Of a DNA stretch of 64,000 nucleotides, positions 9,979 to 19,522 are shown in pieces. The notes beneath the pieces are model-generated. The model saw nothing but the letters and a program-made list of their open reading frames with translations. It was not told the DNA's origin and made no database searches. Location: positions 3,375 to 67,374 of the forward strand of contig JAZKJH010000005.1 of assembly GCA_040384485.1 (NCBI GenBank), written 5' to 3'. Source of the stretch: Patescibacteria group bacterium (GTDB lineage Bacteria > Patescibacteriota > Minisyncoccia > Phycocordibacterales > DATDWN01). How positions within the stretch are numbered: the first letter of the stretch is position 1; each line of letters starts with the position of its first letter. The position numbers and the translations under genes are program-made.

Positions 9979-10647
9979 CTATTGTGTCTTAAAGCAGTAC
10001 AAAGCTGCGGGTCGCATCACCCCTTTCTTAATGGTTCTCTTGGTATCCTTCAAAAGCCCAAGGGATAAAATTCTCTTTCTGAAATTTCTCTTATCCATAC
10101 TCTCTCCCAAAATAGCCTCGTACGTTTTCTGTAAATCAGAAAGTGTAAACTCTTTTGGCATCAAGTGCTTGGCGATGTCTGTATAGATTATTTTTGATCG
10201 TAGTCTTTCTATAGCGACATCTGTTATTTTATTGTGATCATAAGCTAGCTTCCCCACACTATACGCTGACTTCCAAACTGTAGGGGTTTTTGCTTTTTCA
10301 ACATTTTGCTCTGATTTGGAATTTATAAAACCTAAGTAGGCTACCGCCACCACTCTGCCTCGCGGATCCCGATCTATTTCGCTAAACGTGTATAGCTGTT
10401 CCTTGTAAATATCCTGGATCCCACCTTTGTCTCGAAGTAATCGATCAACGGATTGTTCTGCAGTTTCATCCACATGTATAAGCCCTCCTATATGGGCCAA
10501 TTGGCCCTTAAAGGTATTGTCCGAGGTAACCTCCCCCAACAAAACCTCTAGCTTACCTTCTGTGACACAGAAACAAACAACATCCACAGCAAGAGCTGCA
10601 AAACGTATATCAACTGGTATTGGATTATTGTCCTTAGATTTCTTCAT
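9979..10647 (-). CDS. nrtR: NrtR-type Nudix-related transcriptional regulator of NAD metabolism
   Basis: Degenerate Nudix domain (GGLIHVDETAEQSVDRLLRDKGG) followed by a C-terminal winged-helix domain. It is embedded in the NAD salvage operon. Confidence 0.7.
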   Translation of the reverse strand: MKKSKDNNPIPVDIRFAALAVDVVCFCVTEGKLEVLLGEVTSDNTFKGQLAHIGGLIHVDETAEQSVDRLLRDKGGIQDIYKEQLYTFSEIDRDPRGRVVAVAYLGFINSKSEQNVEKAKTPTVWKSAYSVGKLAYDHNKITDVAIERLRSKIIYTDIAKHLMPKEFTLSDLQKTYEAILGESMDKRNFRKRILSLGLLKDTKRTIKKGVMRPAALYCFKTQ

Positions 10648-10666
10648 GCTCTTATTATAACACTAA

Positions 10667-11653
10667 TTATTTTACTAATATTTGATCGATTGCTCCAATA
10701 GCTTGTTTTAATCGTTCTTCCGGACTACCGCTCACACAAATGAAGTTTCTGTTAGTTTGGGTTAATTTTTCAATAAACCTTTTGTGCATATCGTGACGAA
10801 TATGCTCACCGTCTCGCAAGCCATCTTGAACAAAAGGTATTTCATCCCCTGTAACAATGTATAAATCATATTTTCTGGTGTCAGAAAAATCATCGACTTC
10901 TTTAGATGCTTTGCCTACATATCTTTCGTGCCAAACACTTGTTGCAAAAGGGTCAGTATCGCATATTACCAATCCATTTCCAGATTCTGTAATAAAATCC
11001 TCTGTCATTGCTTGCATTCTTGCGATGTTTAAAAATTCCTCGCTTCTCCATCTAGCTTCTTCTCCACCAAAACCTTTGCTTTCAGAGTATAGTCGTCCGT
11101 ACTCCGGTACCCAGACAGTTTTGTAATATTTCGCCAAGTCGCGAGATAAAGTCGTTGTGCCTGTTGACTCTGCGCCCAGAACACAGACTCTTCTAGAGAA
11201 GTTAGCCCTCACGCACGGCTCTAAAAACGGCGCTGCGGCCAAAGGGTCCTTTCTGACCATTGTCGCTGAGATAGGTATTGTAACTCTGGCTCTGTCCACT
11301 AGCACATGAGCACATCCCATAAAAGATGCGTATGGGTCACCGTAGTCCTCCGAAGTGAATACTGCGTCTGGTTTTTTTCCAAGCACTTCCAGAGTAAACT
11401 TTGCCCACCCCTCTGAGTCGTCATCGGTTAACTTGTTATCTTCTACAACTTTTATATGTACGTCTGGATGAATTTTCCTCAACCAATCAGCTCGAAGATA
11501 GCCAGAAATAGTTTCGCTTCTTTTCCAGCAAAGTATAACTATCAACTCATCACACTGAGCTTTTGCAGTATCGATAAGGTATTTATGTCCACGGTGAGGC
11601 GGATAAAACTTACCAATAACAAGACCTGTTTTAAATTTAAAAGAATTATTCAT
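10667..11653 (-). CDS. nadR: NadR-like bifunctional NMN adenylyltransferase / ribosylnicotinamide kinase (no HTH domain)
   Basis: N-terminal GKFYPPHRGHKYLIDTA (the H-x-G-H motif). C-terminal P-loop VCVLGAESTGTTTLS of the RNK domain. Confidence 0.75.
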   Translation of the reverse strand: MNNSFKFKTGLVIGKFYPPHRGHKYLIDTAKAQCDELIVILCWKRSETISGYLRADWLRKIHPDVHIKVVEDNKLTDDDSEGWAKFTLEVLGKKPDAVFTSEDYGDPYASFMGCAHVLVDRARVTIPISATMVRKDPLAAAPFLEPCVRANFSRRVCVLGAESTGTTTLSRDLAKYYKTVWVPEYGRLYSESKGFGGEEARWRSEEFLNIARMQAMTEDFITESGNGLVICDTDPFATSVWHERYVGKASKEVDDFSDTRKYDLYIVTGDEIPFVQDGLRDGEHIRHDMHKRFIEKLTQTNRNFICVSGSPEERLKQAIGAIDQILVK

Positions 11654-11662
11654 AAATAATAA

Positions 11663-12370
11663 TTAGATTGTCTCAGTCTCTAGGTTACTTTTCGTTTGCT
11701 TACTGTATGACTTATGTTCTTTGTGCCAACCAATCAAGCCACTTATCGCTATTCCCAGGAATAAAACATATTCCAGAGAAATAAACTTCACTCCTTTAAC
11801 CCAGTATAGCCATATACCTATAACATCCACGATAATCCAAAGTACCCAAGACTCTAGTTTCTTCTTAACCAATAACCACTGTGCAATAAAGCTCATTGTA
11901 GTTGTAAACGCATCTAAAAAGGGATATGTTGTTGCTTCTGGAAAGTATTTTGGTAGCCAATTATCTAGATTCATAGTTACCCATGCTAAAACAACAGTAA
12001 GGAAAGCGACTAGGATAGCATAGAAAACATTCACCTTAAAGCTATTTGTTGATATTTTTAGAGTGTCATTTTTCACTCCGTTCTTATCCTTCTTTGGATG
12101 TAGCCAAACATACCAACCAATAAAACCTGTAATCAAAAAGTACCCCTGTTCCAACATATCTCCATACAGATTGATTTGGTAGAACAGGACCATATATAAT
12201 GTAACTCCAACTATTCCAATAGGCCAAGATAGGATTTTGGCTTTTGATGTGAGCCATACGCACCAAATGGTGAATATCGTACCGAAAAACTCAACATAAC
12301 TCATGGAATAATCCATAAGCGTGAAAAACGTAGTATTTATGCTGAAAAAACTTTGTATTGCTTCAATCAT
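11663..12370 (-). CDS. pnuC: Nicotinamide riboside transporter PnuC
   Basis: 235-aa membrane protein with the W-rich PnuC pattern (ILSWPIGIVGVTLY...WLYWVKG). Confidence 0.8.
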   Translation of the reverse strand: MIEAIQSFFSINTTFFTLMDYSMSYVEFFGTIFTIWCVWLTSKAKILSWPIGIVGVTLYMVLFYQINLYGDMLEQGYFLITGFIGWYVWLHPKKDKNGVKNDTLKISTNSFKVNVFYAILVAFLTVVLAWVTMNLDNWLPKYFPEATTYPFLDAFTTTMSFIAQWLLVKKKLESWVLWIIVDVIGIWLYWVKGVKFISLEYVLFLGIAISGLIGWHKEHKSYSKQTKSNLETETI

Positions 12371-12380
12371 AATGATATGG

Positions 12381-12399
12381 TTATAACTATTAGTGTATA
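12381..12399 (-). promoter_or_regulatory. Candidate NrtR operator, a perfect 19-bp palindrome TAGTGTATAATATACACTA, 11 bp upstream of the pnuC start
   Basis: Perfect inverted repeat with a GT-N7-AC core. It contains a TATAAT box and lies next to the nrtR-containing operon. Confidence 0.65.
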
Positions 12400-12443
12400 A
12401 TATACACTATCATAACCGATATTATAATGCAAGTATTTAAATA

Positions 12444-12478
12444 AAATCGCACGTTGCAACTACAAAGTGCGATTTTTA
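12444..12478 (-). terminator. Rho-independent terminator of the upstream Nudix gene
   Basis: Stem atcgcac ... gtgcgat with a U-run on the minus strand. Confidence 0.55.
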
Positions 12479-12483
12479 TCAAG

Positions 12484-12906
12484 TTAGTTATCGAAGAAGT
12501 TCTTACCTCCTTTATAAGCCTCAAAATAGTGCTCTAGCCCAGAAAATAGTGGTGATGGTAAGTTATCCAAGTCATACCAACCCCAACCTTCACACTTGTT
12601 TGGTTCCATAACTTGTGGTTCCCCGCTCTTCCAGTCAGCAATTAACCCAATGTCTACATAGTGTTTTGGGGCATATGTTTTTAGGTTTAATAACCGGAGA
12701 AAATTTATATTATCAATCTCGATTCCTGCTTCTTCCATAACTTCCCTCTTTGCTGACTCGGTAAAAGACTCCATGTATTCAAAATGTCCGCCCGGAAAAG
12801 CATATTCGCCTACTGCATGCGAACCTTTTCTTTTTCCAAGCAACACTTTGCCATCCTTAAGGATCATCACCCCTATTCCAACTTTTACTATATTTTCATT
12901 TTCCAT
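12484..12906 (-). CDS. Nudix hydrolase (MutT-like)
   Basis: Nudix box GGHFEYMESFTESAKREVMEEAGI. 140 aa. Confidence 0.75.
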   Translation of the reverse strand: MENENIVKVGIGVMILKDGKVLLGKRKGSHAVGEYAFPGGHFEYMESFTESAKREVMEEAGIEIDNINFLRLLNLKTYAPKHYVDIGLIADWKSGEPQVMEPNKCEGWGWYDLDNLPSPLFSGLEHYFEAYKGGKNFFDN

Positions 12907-12979
12907 ATTATATGATTTTTACATTTATTGGTGTTGCCATGTGTTTTTGAAAAAATAGTAATGTAGGACAATGATACTC

Positions 12980-13696
12980 TTAAAAATCTTTATCCGCAAT
13001 TATTTCACTTTTAATTAGATACTTGTCCATAAAATATACTTTTGCCACAATAACTGCACACCATGCAAGCAGTATGGCTAGTATATAAATTAAATCCAAC
13101 CGCAGTAGAGCATCTCCAGTGATGTAAACAAAAATCCCCCAGAAAGCATTCCAAAAAACAACTCCTATAGTTGAGTACAAAATAAATTTTCGAAATGGAA
13201 TCTGCATAATACCAGCTGTTGTAGAACATATTGATGCCATATTCGGCAACCAATAACTGGACAATACGGCAGTAAACAAATGCTTTAAAACCTTCTCTTT
13301 CATTGATTCTACGGAACCACCCAGACCAAACTTTATAAGTAACTTGTACCAACCGTACTTGCCTATAAAATAATCAGCTGTGTAGGATACGGTAAAAGCT
13401 ATGCAGACCACCACGACTACGAACATGGCCCGTGGAATATTTCCGACCGCACTCATAACCCCTATAAATATAACTGCCCCGCCTGGGAAATAATTTCCGG
13501 CCAGCAGTAACCCTTCCACTACTGCAGACAAGAAAATAACAGTAATTCCGTATTCATTTACAAACTCAGTAACTATTCTAAGCACCTCATCTCTAGGAGG
13601 TAAACCGAAAAACTTACTAAGTAGTTCCAGTGAAATAAAAGAAAGTAAAATAACCAAAGGAATAGCTGTTATCTTTAGAATTTTACCGAGACTCAT
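12980..13696 (-). CDS. DedA / VTT-domain (SNARE-associated) membrane protein
   Basis: 238-aa multi-TM protein with a DedA-like core (EGLLLAGNYFPGGAVIFIG). Confidence 0.6.
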   Translation of the reverse strand: MSLGKILKITAIPLVILLSFISLELLSKFFGLPPRDEVLRIVTEFVNEYGITVIFLSAVVEGLLLAGNYFPGGAVIFIGVMSAVGNIPRAMFVVVVVCIAFTVSYTADYFIGKYGWYKLLIKFGLGGSVESMKEKVLKHLFTAVLSSYWLPNMASICSTTAGIMQIPFRKFILYSTIGVVFWNAFWGIFVYITGDALLRLDLIYILAILLAWCAVIVAKVYFMDKYLIKSEIIADKDF

Positions 13697-13704
13697 TTTT
13701 TAAT

Positions 13705-14622
13705 TTACTTAAAAACAACTGAACCGCTATCTAACTTCAAATCAAGTACCATCTCTCCCTTAGAAGTAAAACTGTATGCTTGAGAAGCAGTAAGTAACCC
13801 GATAAAGACTTGTTCTTGTGAACCTTCACAGAACGCCAGCGTAGAGATTGTGTTTGTAAACTTTATGTTTCCCTCAGTTGTTGAATAGTTTCCACCCGCA
13901 CTATTACAATCAGTGGTTGCAATGAAAGTCCCGTCATTTTTAAAACTAATGCTAAATGCCTCTGACTTGTTTGGAGTTACAACTTTTCCGTCGTTATATA
14001 CAACCCTAACCCATGTCCAATTTTTCATTGTAAGAGACATTTTCTTTGGATCTGCCTCGCCTTCAAAGTTCTGTTCTACTTGTCCAAACTGCATACTATC
14101 TACATCAAGTTTAAGCCATATACTTTTCCCAACTGAAGGCGATACTGTAAAAGCCTCGCCCGCCTTTCTATCGGCATAGTTCACAATGATCACGTTGTCA
14201 TGTGATGGATTCTTACTCATTTCTGTTGTCTGCGGTGCGATTCTATCTCCTAACAGTAGACCTTCTGACCCGACATATCCGTCAGCAGTGTTCAGACTAG
14301 CTACAACATAATAAAATGTCCCACTACCTCCATTATTTTGTGTTACAAGAAACACTACATCTTCCCTACCATCCTTGTTCAAATCCGCTCGAACTTCATT
14401 TCCAAAATACTGAGTCGTAACAACTGACGCGGAACCAGGTGCTGCAGGTGTTTCTGAAACACCGCCTACCAACATCACTTTCTGCCCATCAATAGTGTAT
14501 TCTGTATTTTTATAATCCTTTTGAGATACCTCCTCGTTTTCTACCTTAGATTTTGTAAACAAGAAAAACAAACTCGCTACCACAACCAAACCTATGATTC
14601 CATATATTATTTTTTTATTCAT
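13705..14622 (-). CDS. Secreted protein with a C-terminal META / HslJ domain
   Basis: Signal peptide. The C-terminal 100 aa are paralogous to the protein at 3433..3861 (...CNSAGGNY...FCEG...LDSGSVVFK). Confidence 0.5.
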   Translation of the reverse strand: MNKKIIYGIIGLVVVASLFFLFTKSKVENEEVSQKDYKNTEYTIDGQKVMLVGGVSETPAAPGSASVVTTQYFGNEVRADLNKDGREDVVFLVTQNNGGSGTFYYVVASLNTADGYVGSEGLLLGDRIAPQTTEMSKNPSHDNVIIVNYADRKAGEAFTVSPSVGKSIWLKLDVDSMQFGQVEQNFEGEADPKKMSLTMKNWTWVRVVYNDGKVVTPNKSEAFSISFKNDGTFIATTDCNSAGGNYSTTEGNIKFTNTISTLAFCEGSQEQVFIGLLTASQAYSFTSKGEMVLDLKLDSGSVVFK

Positions 14623-14635
14623 ATAGTTTTAGACG

Positions 14636-15586
14636 TTATTTTCCAGCTTTTATTGCACCCTTGATAAGATCTGGAGAAAATCCAGTAGGAACAGTGCCTG
14701 TTAGGGCATACTGGTATATTGCTAGTTTAAATATTGAACTAAGTGTAGAGGACACAACACTAATACCAACCATAGCAACAACGAACAATATTCCAACCAA
14801 AATAACCATTTCAAACACAGGTACAAGTATAATAATTATTCCACAAACTGCTATTATCCCCAAAACAAGTGCCATAAAATATAACCCTACACCAAAGCTG
14901 ATTATTATTGTTTCTCCCCATGTCTTCCTAATGAGCGCAGCAGACTCCTTGAAGGATTCTCCTACCGAACGTTGACCGATAACAAGCGAAGGTAAACTGA
15001 AATAAGTCATTATTGCCCATGCAGCACCTAGTAGCCATACTACCAATTGTCCAAGCCATTTAGATTTATCAGAAATAAATCGTAGTACTACCCCAACTGT
15101 AGCTGATATAACTGACCAAACAAAAATCTTTCCGATATTTCTATTTGCACCACTTATTCCTTCACTAAGAGATAAGTTTTGTCCGTTAAACTGTCCTTGG
15201 ACAATAATATAAACCCCTGCCATAAAGTAGTTTGCGATAAAAAACATAACTACATAGTAAACAAATAAAGTTGTGTAAGTTAGAACTTCTCCTCCAACAT
15301 CACTAATGTTATTAAAGGCGTTTATGTCTCCCTGCATGACCACAAAGAAAAATAAGGCCACCATCACAACAAGCGCCAAAAGACTGGCGATTCCTGAAAA
15401 AACAGGAAACCAAAGTAGTTCTTTGTTTTGTTTTAAAATATTCCAAGACTCCTTAAATATCATTTTACTTGCCTTAAACTTCCCTATTTTTATTGGAGGA
15501 GTTTGTGGCACTTGCTGTTGTACTGGTTGTACGGGTGTGAAGTTTTGAACTGGACTCATCGGGGACACGTTTTCTTCTGGGTTCAT
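14636..15586 (-). CDS. Integral membrane protein of unknown function
   Basis: 316 aa. The N-terminus is rich in P and Q, followed by at least six TM helices. Confidence 0.4.
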   Translation of the reverse strand: MNPEENVSPMSPVQNFTPVQPVQQQVPQTPPIKIGKFKASKMIFKESWNILKQNKELLWFPVFSGIASLLALVVMVALFFFVVMQGDINAFNNISDVGGEVLTYTTLFVYYVVMFFIANYFMAGVYIIVQGQFNGQNLSLSEGISGANRNIGKIFVWSVISATVGVVLRFISDKSKWLGQLVVWLLGAAWAIMTYFSLPSLVIGQRSVGESFKESAALIRKTWGETIIISFGVGLYFMALVLGIIAVCGIIIILVPVFEMVILVGILFVVAMVGISVVSSTLSSIFKLAIYQYALTGTVPTGFSPDLIKGAIKAGK

Positions 15587-15647
15587 TTCTATGTAAATAA
15601 ATTAGAATAATAACTTAATTATTCCACACAAAACCTGTTTTGGATAG

Positions 15648-15908
15648 TTAGCTCAGTTTCCCTTTTTTGTAGGTTTTTACTAGTCCTAATTTTTGCAATT
15701 TAGACAACTTTTTCACTTCTGCTTCTCTTTTTGAGGCAACAGATCGGTTTTCTTGCTTTTCTGTATATACAACTCTCAAGACCTTTCTAGACCTCGTATA
15801 GTGCCCACCCTTTCCTAGTTTGTGTTCCAGGAAACGACGATCCAAATCTGTTGTAATACCGGTGTACAGTGAGTTATCAGAGCATTTTAGAATATATAAA
15901 AAATACAT
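15648..15908 (-). CDS. GIY-YIG nuclease-domain protein
   Basis: YFLYILKCSDNSLYTGITTDLDRRFLEH is a GIY-YIG motif. 86 aa. Confidence 0.8.
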   Translation of the reverse strand: MYFLYILKCSDNSLYTGITTDLDRRFLEHKLGKGGHYTRSRKVLRVVYTEKQENRSVASKREAEVKKLSKLQKLGLVKTYKKGKLS

Positions 15909-15974
15909 AACTTACATTATCTCACATTCAAATAAAAACTCCGCAATCCTTTTCAAGACTGTGGAGTTTATTTT

Positions 15975-16841
15975 TTAGCGACTCAACTTACGAGCAAGAT
16001 ATCGAACTAGAGCAACTTCGATATTGTACAGGGCATGCAACACTATCGCGGTACCGATGCCGTAAAAAATCGTGGCGTACATCATCACAAACCCAACGAT
16101 CCATGAGTTCAAAAGACCCACAGGACCTTGGTACTTGTGCCCGTCCCGAAAACTTGCATTGGCTGCAATGATGCCAAACACAAACAGTGGTGAAAGATTG
16201 GGATGGTTAAAAACCATTTCAAAGTTACCGAGGGTTACAAAGTTTACCAACGGTACTGTAATGTTCTGATAGATCCAGAATACAGGATCACTGTACCCTC
16301 CATACCAGATCATCCACAAGATCAGAGCACCAAAACTTATCGGCACAAGAGCTACAAATTTATTCCACCTCTCTGCATTTATGAGTATGAGTAACCCGAA
16401 GATAAGGATCACTAGTCCGATAATACTTCCAGCGAATGTGCCCAGAAGCCAGTTCAGTGCGGTGATGCTTACCATGGCTGTACAAATGTACAACCAACGG
16501 TAACCTATCTCTTCCCAAACTCCTGCCAGAGTGCCAGTTACAAGACTTAACCCAAACACTGCCTCATCCTCTTCACCACTCGAAATACCACTTGCAAGAG
16601 TGACAACGATTGCGAGAGATGCAGCATACAAAAGCAGTGGCCAGAAGTATGTGATTACTCCTTCAGGTACAGACCATCTTAGGTTTGGATGTTGAAAAAA
16701 GTTGGGATAAAAATACCCAACAACCCAAACAAAAGCAGCTGCACAAGCCAACCCAGCTATGTTAATGAGCTGACCAGCAAATATCGTCTTTTTGAATTCC
16801 AGTTCCCTGCTTGGTAAAGCAATTGTCGCTGTTCGACTCAA
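15975..16841 (-). CDS. CPBP-family intramembrane metalloprotease (CAAX protease / Abi-like)
   Basis: Motifs EExxxR (WEEIGYRW), FxxxH and HxxxN (HALYN) in a polytopic protein. Confidence 0.6.
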   Translation of the reverse strand: MSRTATIALPSRELEFKKTIFAGQLINIAGLACAAAFVWVVGYFYPNFFQHPNLRWSVPEGVITYFWPLLLYAASLAIVVTLASGISSGEEDEAVFGLSLVTGTLAGVWEEIGYRWLYICTAMVSITALNWLLGTFAGSIIGLVILIFGLLILINAERWNKFVALVPISFGALILWMIWYGGYSDPVFWIYQNITVPLVNFVTLGNFEMVFNHPNLSPLFVFGIIAANASFRDGHKYQGPVGLLNSWIVGFVMMYATIFYGIGTAIVLHALYNIEVALVRYLARKLSR

Positions 16842-16924
16842 AGAATCCTCCTCTGAAACGTTAGTTTATTCCGACAATACAATAAAGTATTTACTGTAAA
16901 ATGTAAAGGGGTGGGCACTTAAAA

Positions 16925-18637
16925 CTATCGTAACTTTTCAACGCTGGCTAGTTCATGACTGCTAGAAGCCCGGGACCTTAAATATTCAATATGTTCGCCA
17001 CGAATAGACTGCATTTCTGCCGCATGTTCTGCAAACTTACCTACTAGAGATGCCGCGTGTGCTCCACCCAAAACATGTGGAAGAATCACGTAGTCTGCCC
17101 CTGCTTCATACAATGTTATAGCATTAGAAACTCTGTGAGCCACCAGCATCACCACAGGCCCCTTACCGTCAGGTTTTATAGTAGACAATATAACCAGGTT
17201 CGTTTCCAAGTCTGGAACGGTAGATACCACCAAATCCGCCTCATTCATTTTTAGTTCAAGTAACAAGTCAGGGTCTCCGGCATCTCCATAAGTATATTCA
17301 ATTTTTTTATCTGCTAGCTCTGCCATAACTTCTGGATCGTGCTCCAAAACCATAAACTTTCTTTTTTCTTCTTTAAAAATTCTAATAAACTCGTGTCCAA
17401 TACGATTGGCACCTATTAGAAAAACTGGATAACTTTTGATATGTATTTGTTGCTCCTTTGCATTTTTTCGTTCAAATATAGTTAAATACTTTGCTAGATA
17501 CTTGTATAAGGTGTCAGAATAAAAAATAAGATAACTAGATATAAAAATTGTTATTAGTCCAACCAGTGTCACCATCGAAAGTACATTTGGAACAACTTGT
17601 CCCAAAGAAACTCCGAGTGCGACTAGAATCAAAGAAAACTCGCTGATCTGAGCTGCCATCATCCCCGTCTGAAAACTTGTTTTTTTCTTGTAGCCCAACA
17701 AACCCATAACAATAAGCTGAAGAAGTGGGTTACATACAAGTACGAATAAAGAAAGGAGGATTGCTGGGGCCAAAATCGCTCCAAAATCTGTCACCACCAT
17801 TCTGGTTCCAAGAAGAATAAAGAAAGCGACAATAAAGAAATCTCGTAGTGGAGCCAGGCGCGCGCTGATCTCGTGTCGACTAGGTAATGTAGAAAGTGCA
17901 ACTCCGGCAATCAAGGCTCCTCCCTCGATCGAGAGTCCGATACTCGCAAACAAAGCTGCAATTCCCATCCCCCATGCATTTGCAAAAAGAAATAATAATT
18001 CTTGAGACTTGGTTAGATATGTATGTAAATGTCGAACTATATAATGAGACACCAGAAACACTGCAAATCCAATAACTATTGCCAGTCCCAGAGTTTTAAA
18101 AAGTTCTATTCCATTACCTTGTGCTCCAGTTATAAAAGGAATAGCAAAAAGTAGAACGATGGCGATAAGGTCCTGTAGAAGCAAAGAGCCGATAGAGAGT
18201 TTTACATACAGCTTATCCAAATCACCTTTGTCGGAAAGAATTTTGAGCACAATAACAGTACTAGAGAATGAAAGTGCAATTCCAACATACATTGAAGTTA
18301 TCCAATCAAACCCAAGCAACATACACAACAAAACTCCAACTCCTCCAGTAAGTAGAACCTGTCCTATACCAGTAATAAAAGAGGCTTTTCCGTACTCTTT
18401 TAACATTTTAGGATTAAGACTTAACCCTACACTGAACAATAGAAAAGAAATCCCCAATTCACTAAAAAGTTCCAATGTTTCTACATCTTTAAAAAGTCCT
18501 AACGCGAACCGACTCATTAAAAAACCTGTTAATATGTGTCCAATAATTAACGGCTGTTTCAAAACCCTCATAAGCAGAGCGATGAGTGTAGCGAACACAA
18601 CCAGAACACCTATTTGAGCAAAAACATTGAGATCCAT
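16925..18637 (-). CDS. CPA2 monovalent cation:proton antiporter (Kef-type) with a C-terminal RCK/TrkA-N domain
   Basis: 570 aa with 12 or so TM helices, then the Rossmann-like stretch VFLIGANRIGHEFIR...VVSTVPD. Confidence 0.8.
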   Translation of the reverse strand: MDLNVFAQIGVLVVFATLIALLMRVLKQPLIIGHILTGFLMSRFALGLFKDVETLELFSELGISFLLFSVGLSLNPKMLKEYGKASFITGIGQVLLTGGVGVLLCMLLGFDWITSMYVGIALSFSSTVIVLKILSDKGDLDKLYVKLSIGSLLLQDLIAIVLLFAIPFITGAQGNGIELFKTLGLAIVIGFAVFLVSHYIVRHLHTYLTKSQELLFLFANAWGMGIAALFASIGLSIEGGALIAGVALSTLPSRHEISARLAPLRDFFIVAFFILLGTRMVVTDFGAILAPAILLSLFVLVCNPLLQLIVMGLLGYKKKTSFQTGMMAAQISEFSLILVALGVSLGQVVPNVLSMVTLVGLITIFISSYLIFYSDTLYKYLAKYLTIFERKNAKEQQIHIKSYPVFLIGANRIGHEFIRIFKEEKRKFMVLEHDPEVMAELADKKIEYTYGDAGDPDLLLELKMNEADLVVSTVPDLETNLVILSTIKPDGKGPVVMLVAHRVSNAITLYEAGADYVILPHVLGGAHAASLVGKFAEHAAEMQSIRGEHIEYLRSRASSSHELASVEKLR

Positions 18638-18838
18638 ATGGCTTAATTATAGCTTTCGCTCAACCAAATTGCGAATAAAAGTGTGGACTAAAAACATATC
18701 ATTTGACATAAAAGCTTAGCTCGTAGTAGTATCAAATTATGTCAAAAAGTTTTAAACAAAGCCCAATCAATAGTTATTATTACTATACTCATCTCGCGAC
18801 GGGGCTTGTTTAAGGTGCTGAAAATTTTTCAACTTCTC

Positions 18839-18868
18839 AAAACCGGCCTCACAAGGCCGGTTTTGTTC
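18839..18868. terminator. Orphan intrinsic-terminator-like hairpin in a 275-bp non-coding region
   Basis: aaaaccggcc-tcacaa-ggccggtttt with a T-run, 45 bp upstream of the kinase gene start. No annotated gene ends here. Confidence 0.45.
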
Positions 18869-18912
18869 TTTAACAATTTACTTTATTTCTTCAATCAAAC
18901 AGGAGACAACCG

Positions 18913-19455
18913 ATGCGGAAACTAATGCTGTTCTGTGGCTTGCCCGGAAGCGGAAAGACTACCTTATCAAAAGAGGTGTGCAGAGTCACAAGTGCCCACC
19001 TCATCGACCTCGACGATTTCAAAAAAGTTGACGTGGACCCATCAAGTGTAACTAGTGAGATAGATCCCCCAGAAGTTAGGTGGAAATACTACCAAAAAGG
19101 TGTATGCGAAGCAGCGAGACTGTTTGATGGTGGAGTTAAAACCATCGTGTTGGACGAAGTGTTCCACTTGGCAGAGCTTAGGGAGCGAATCAATGTCTTC
19201 TGTCACGCTAAAGGTATTTCTACTGTCTGGGTTGAGGTCAAATGCCCTTATGACATCGTAAAAGAAAGACTGCTTTCCAAACCTCGTATTGGACACATAT
19301 TGTCTACTGCGGAGGCTCTAGCGATGTATCAAATGTTTACTGAGATCTTTGAGCCATTTGAACCGTGTAGTCAGCATATTGTGATTAACAATGTGGACTC
19401 TGATTTTATTGGTAGGTCAACCAACCTGATTCTCGATAAGATTGAATGGAAGTAA
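18913..19455 (+). CDS. P-loop kinase (AAA_33-like NTPase)
   Basis: Walker A motif LFCGLPGSGKTTLS. 180 aa. Confidence 0.55.
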   Translation: MRKLMLFCGLPGSGKTTLSKEVCRVTSAHLIDLDDFKKVDVDPSSVTSEIDPPEVRWKYYQKGVCEAARLFDGGVKTIVLDEVFHLAELRERINVFCHAKGISTVWVEVKCPYDIVKERLLSKPRIGHILSTAEALAMYQMFTEIFEPFEPCSQHIVINNVDSDFIGRSTNLILDKIEWK

Positions 19456-19522
19456 ATTGTAAAAATCCGACACAACGGTGTCGGATTTTATTTATCAACA
19501 ATAAGTTATAATTATAATCAAT

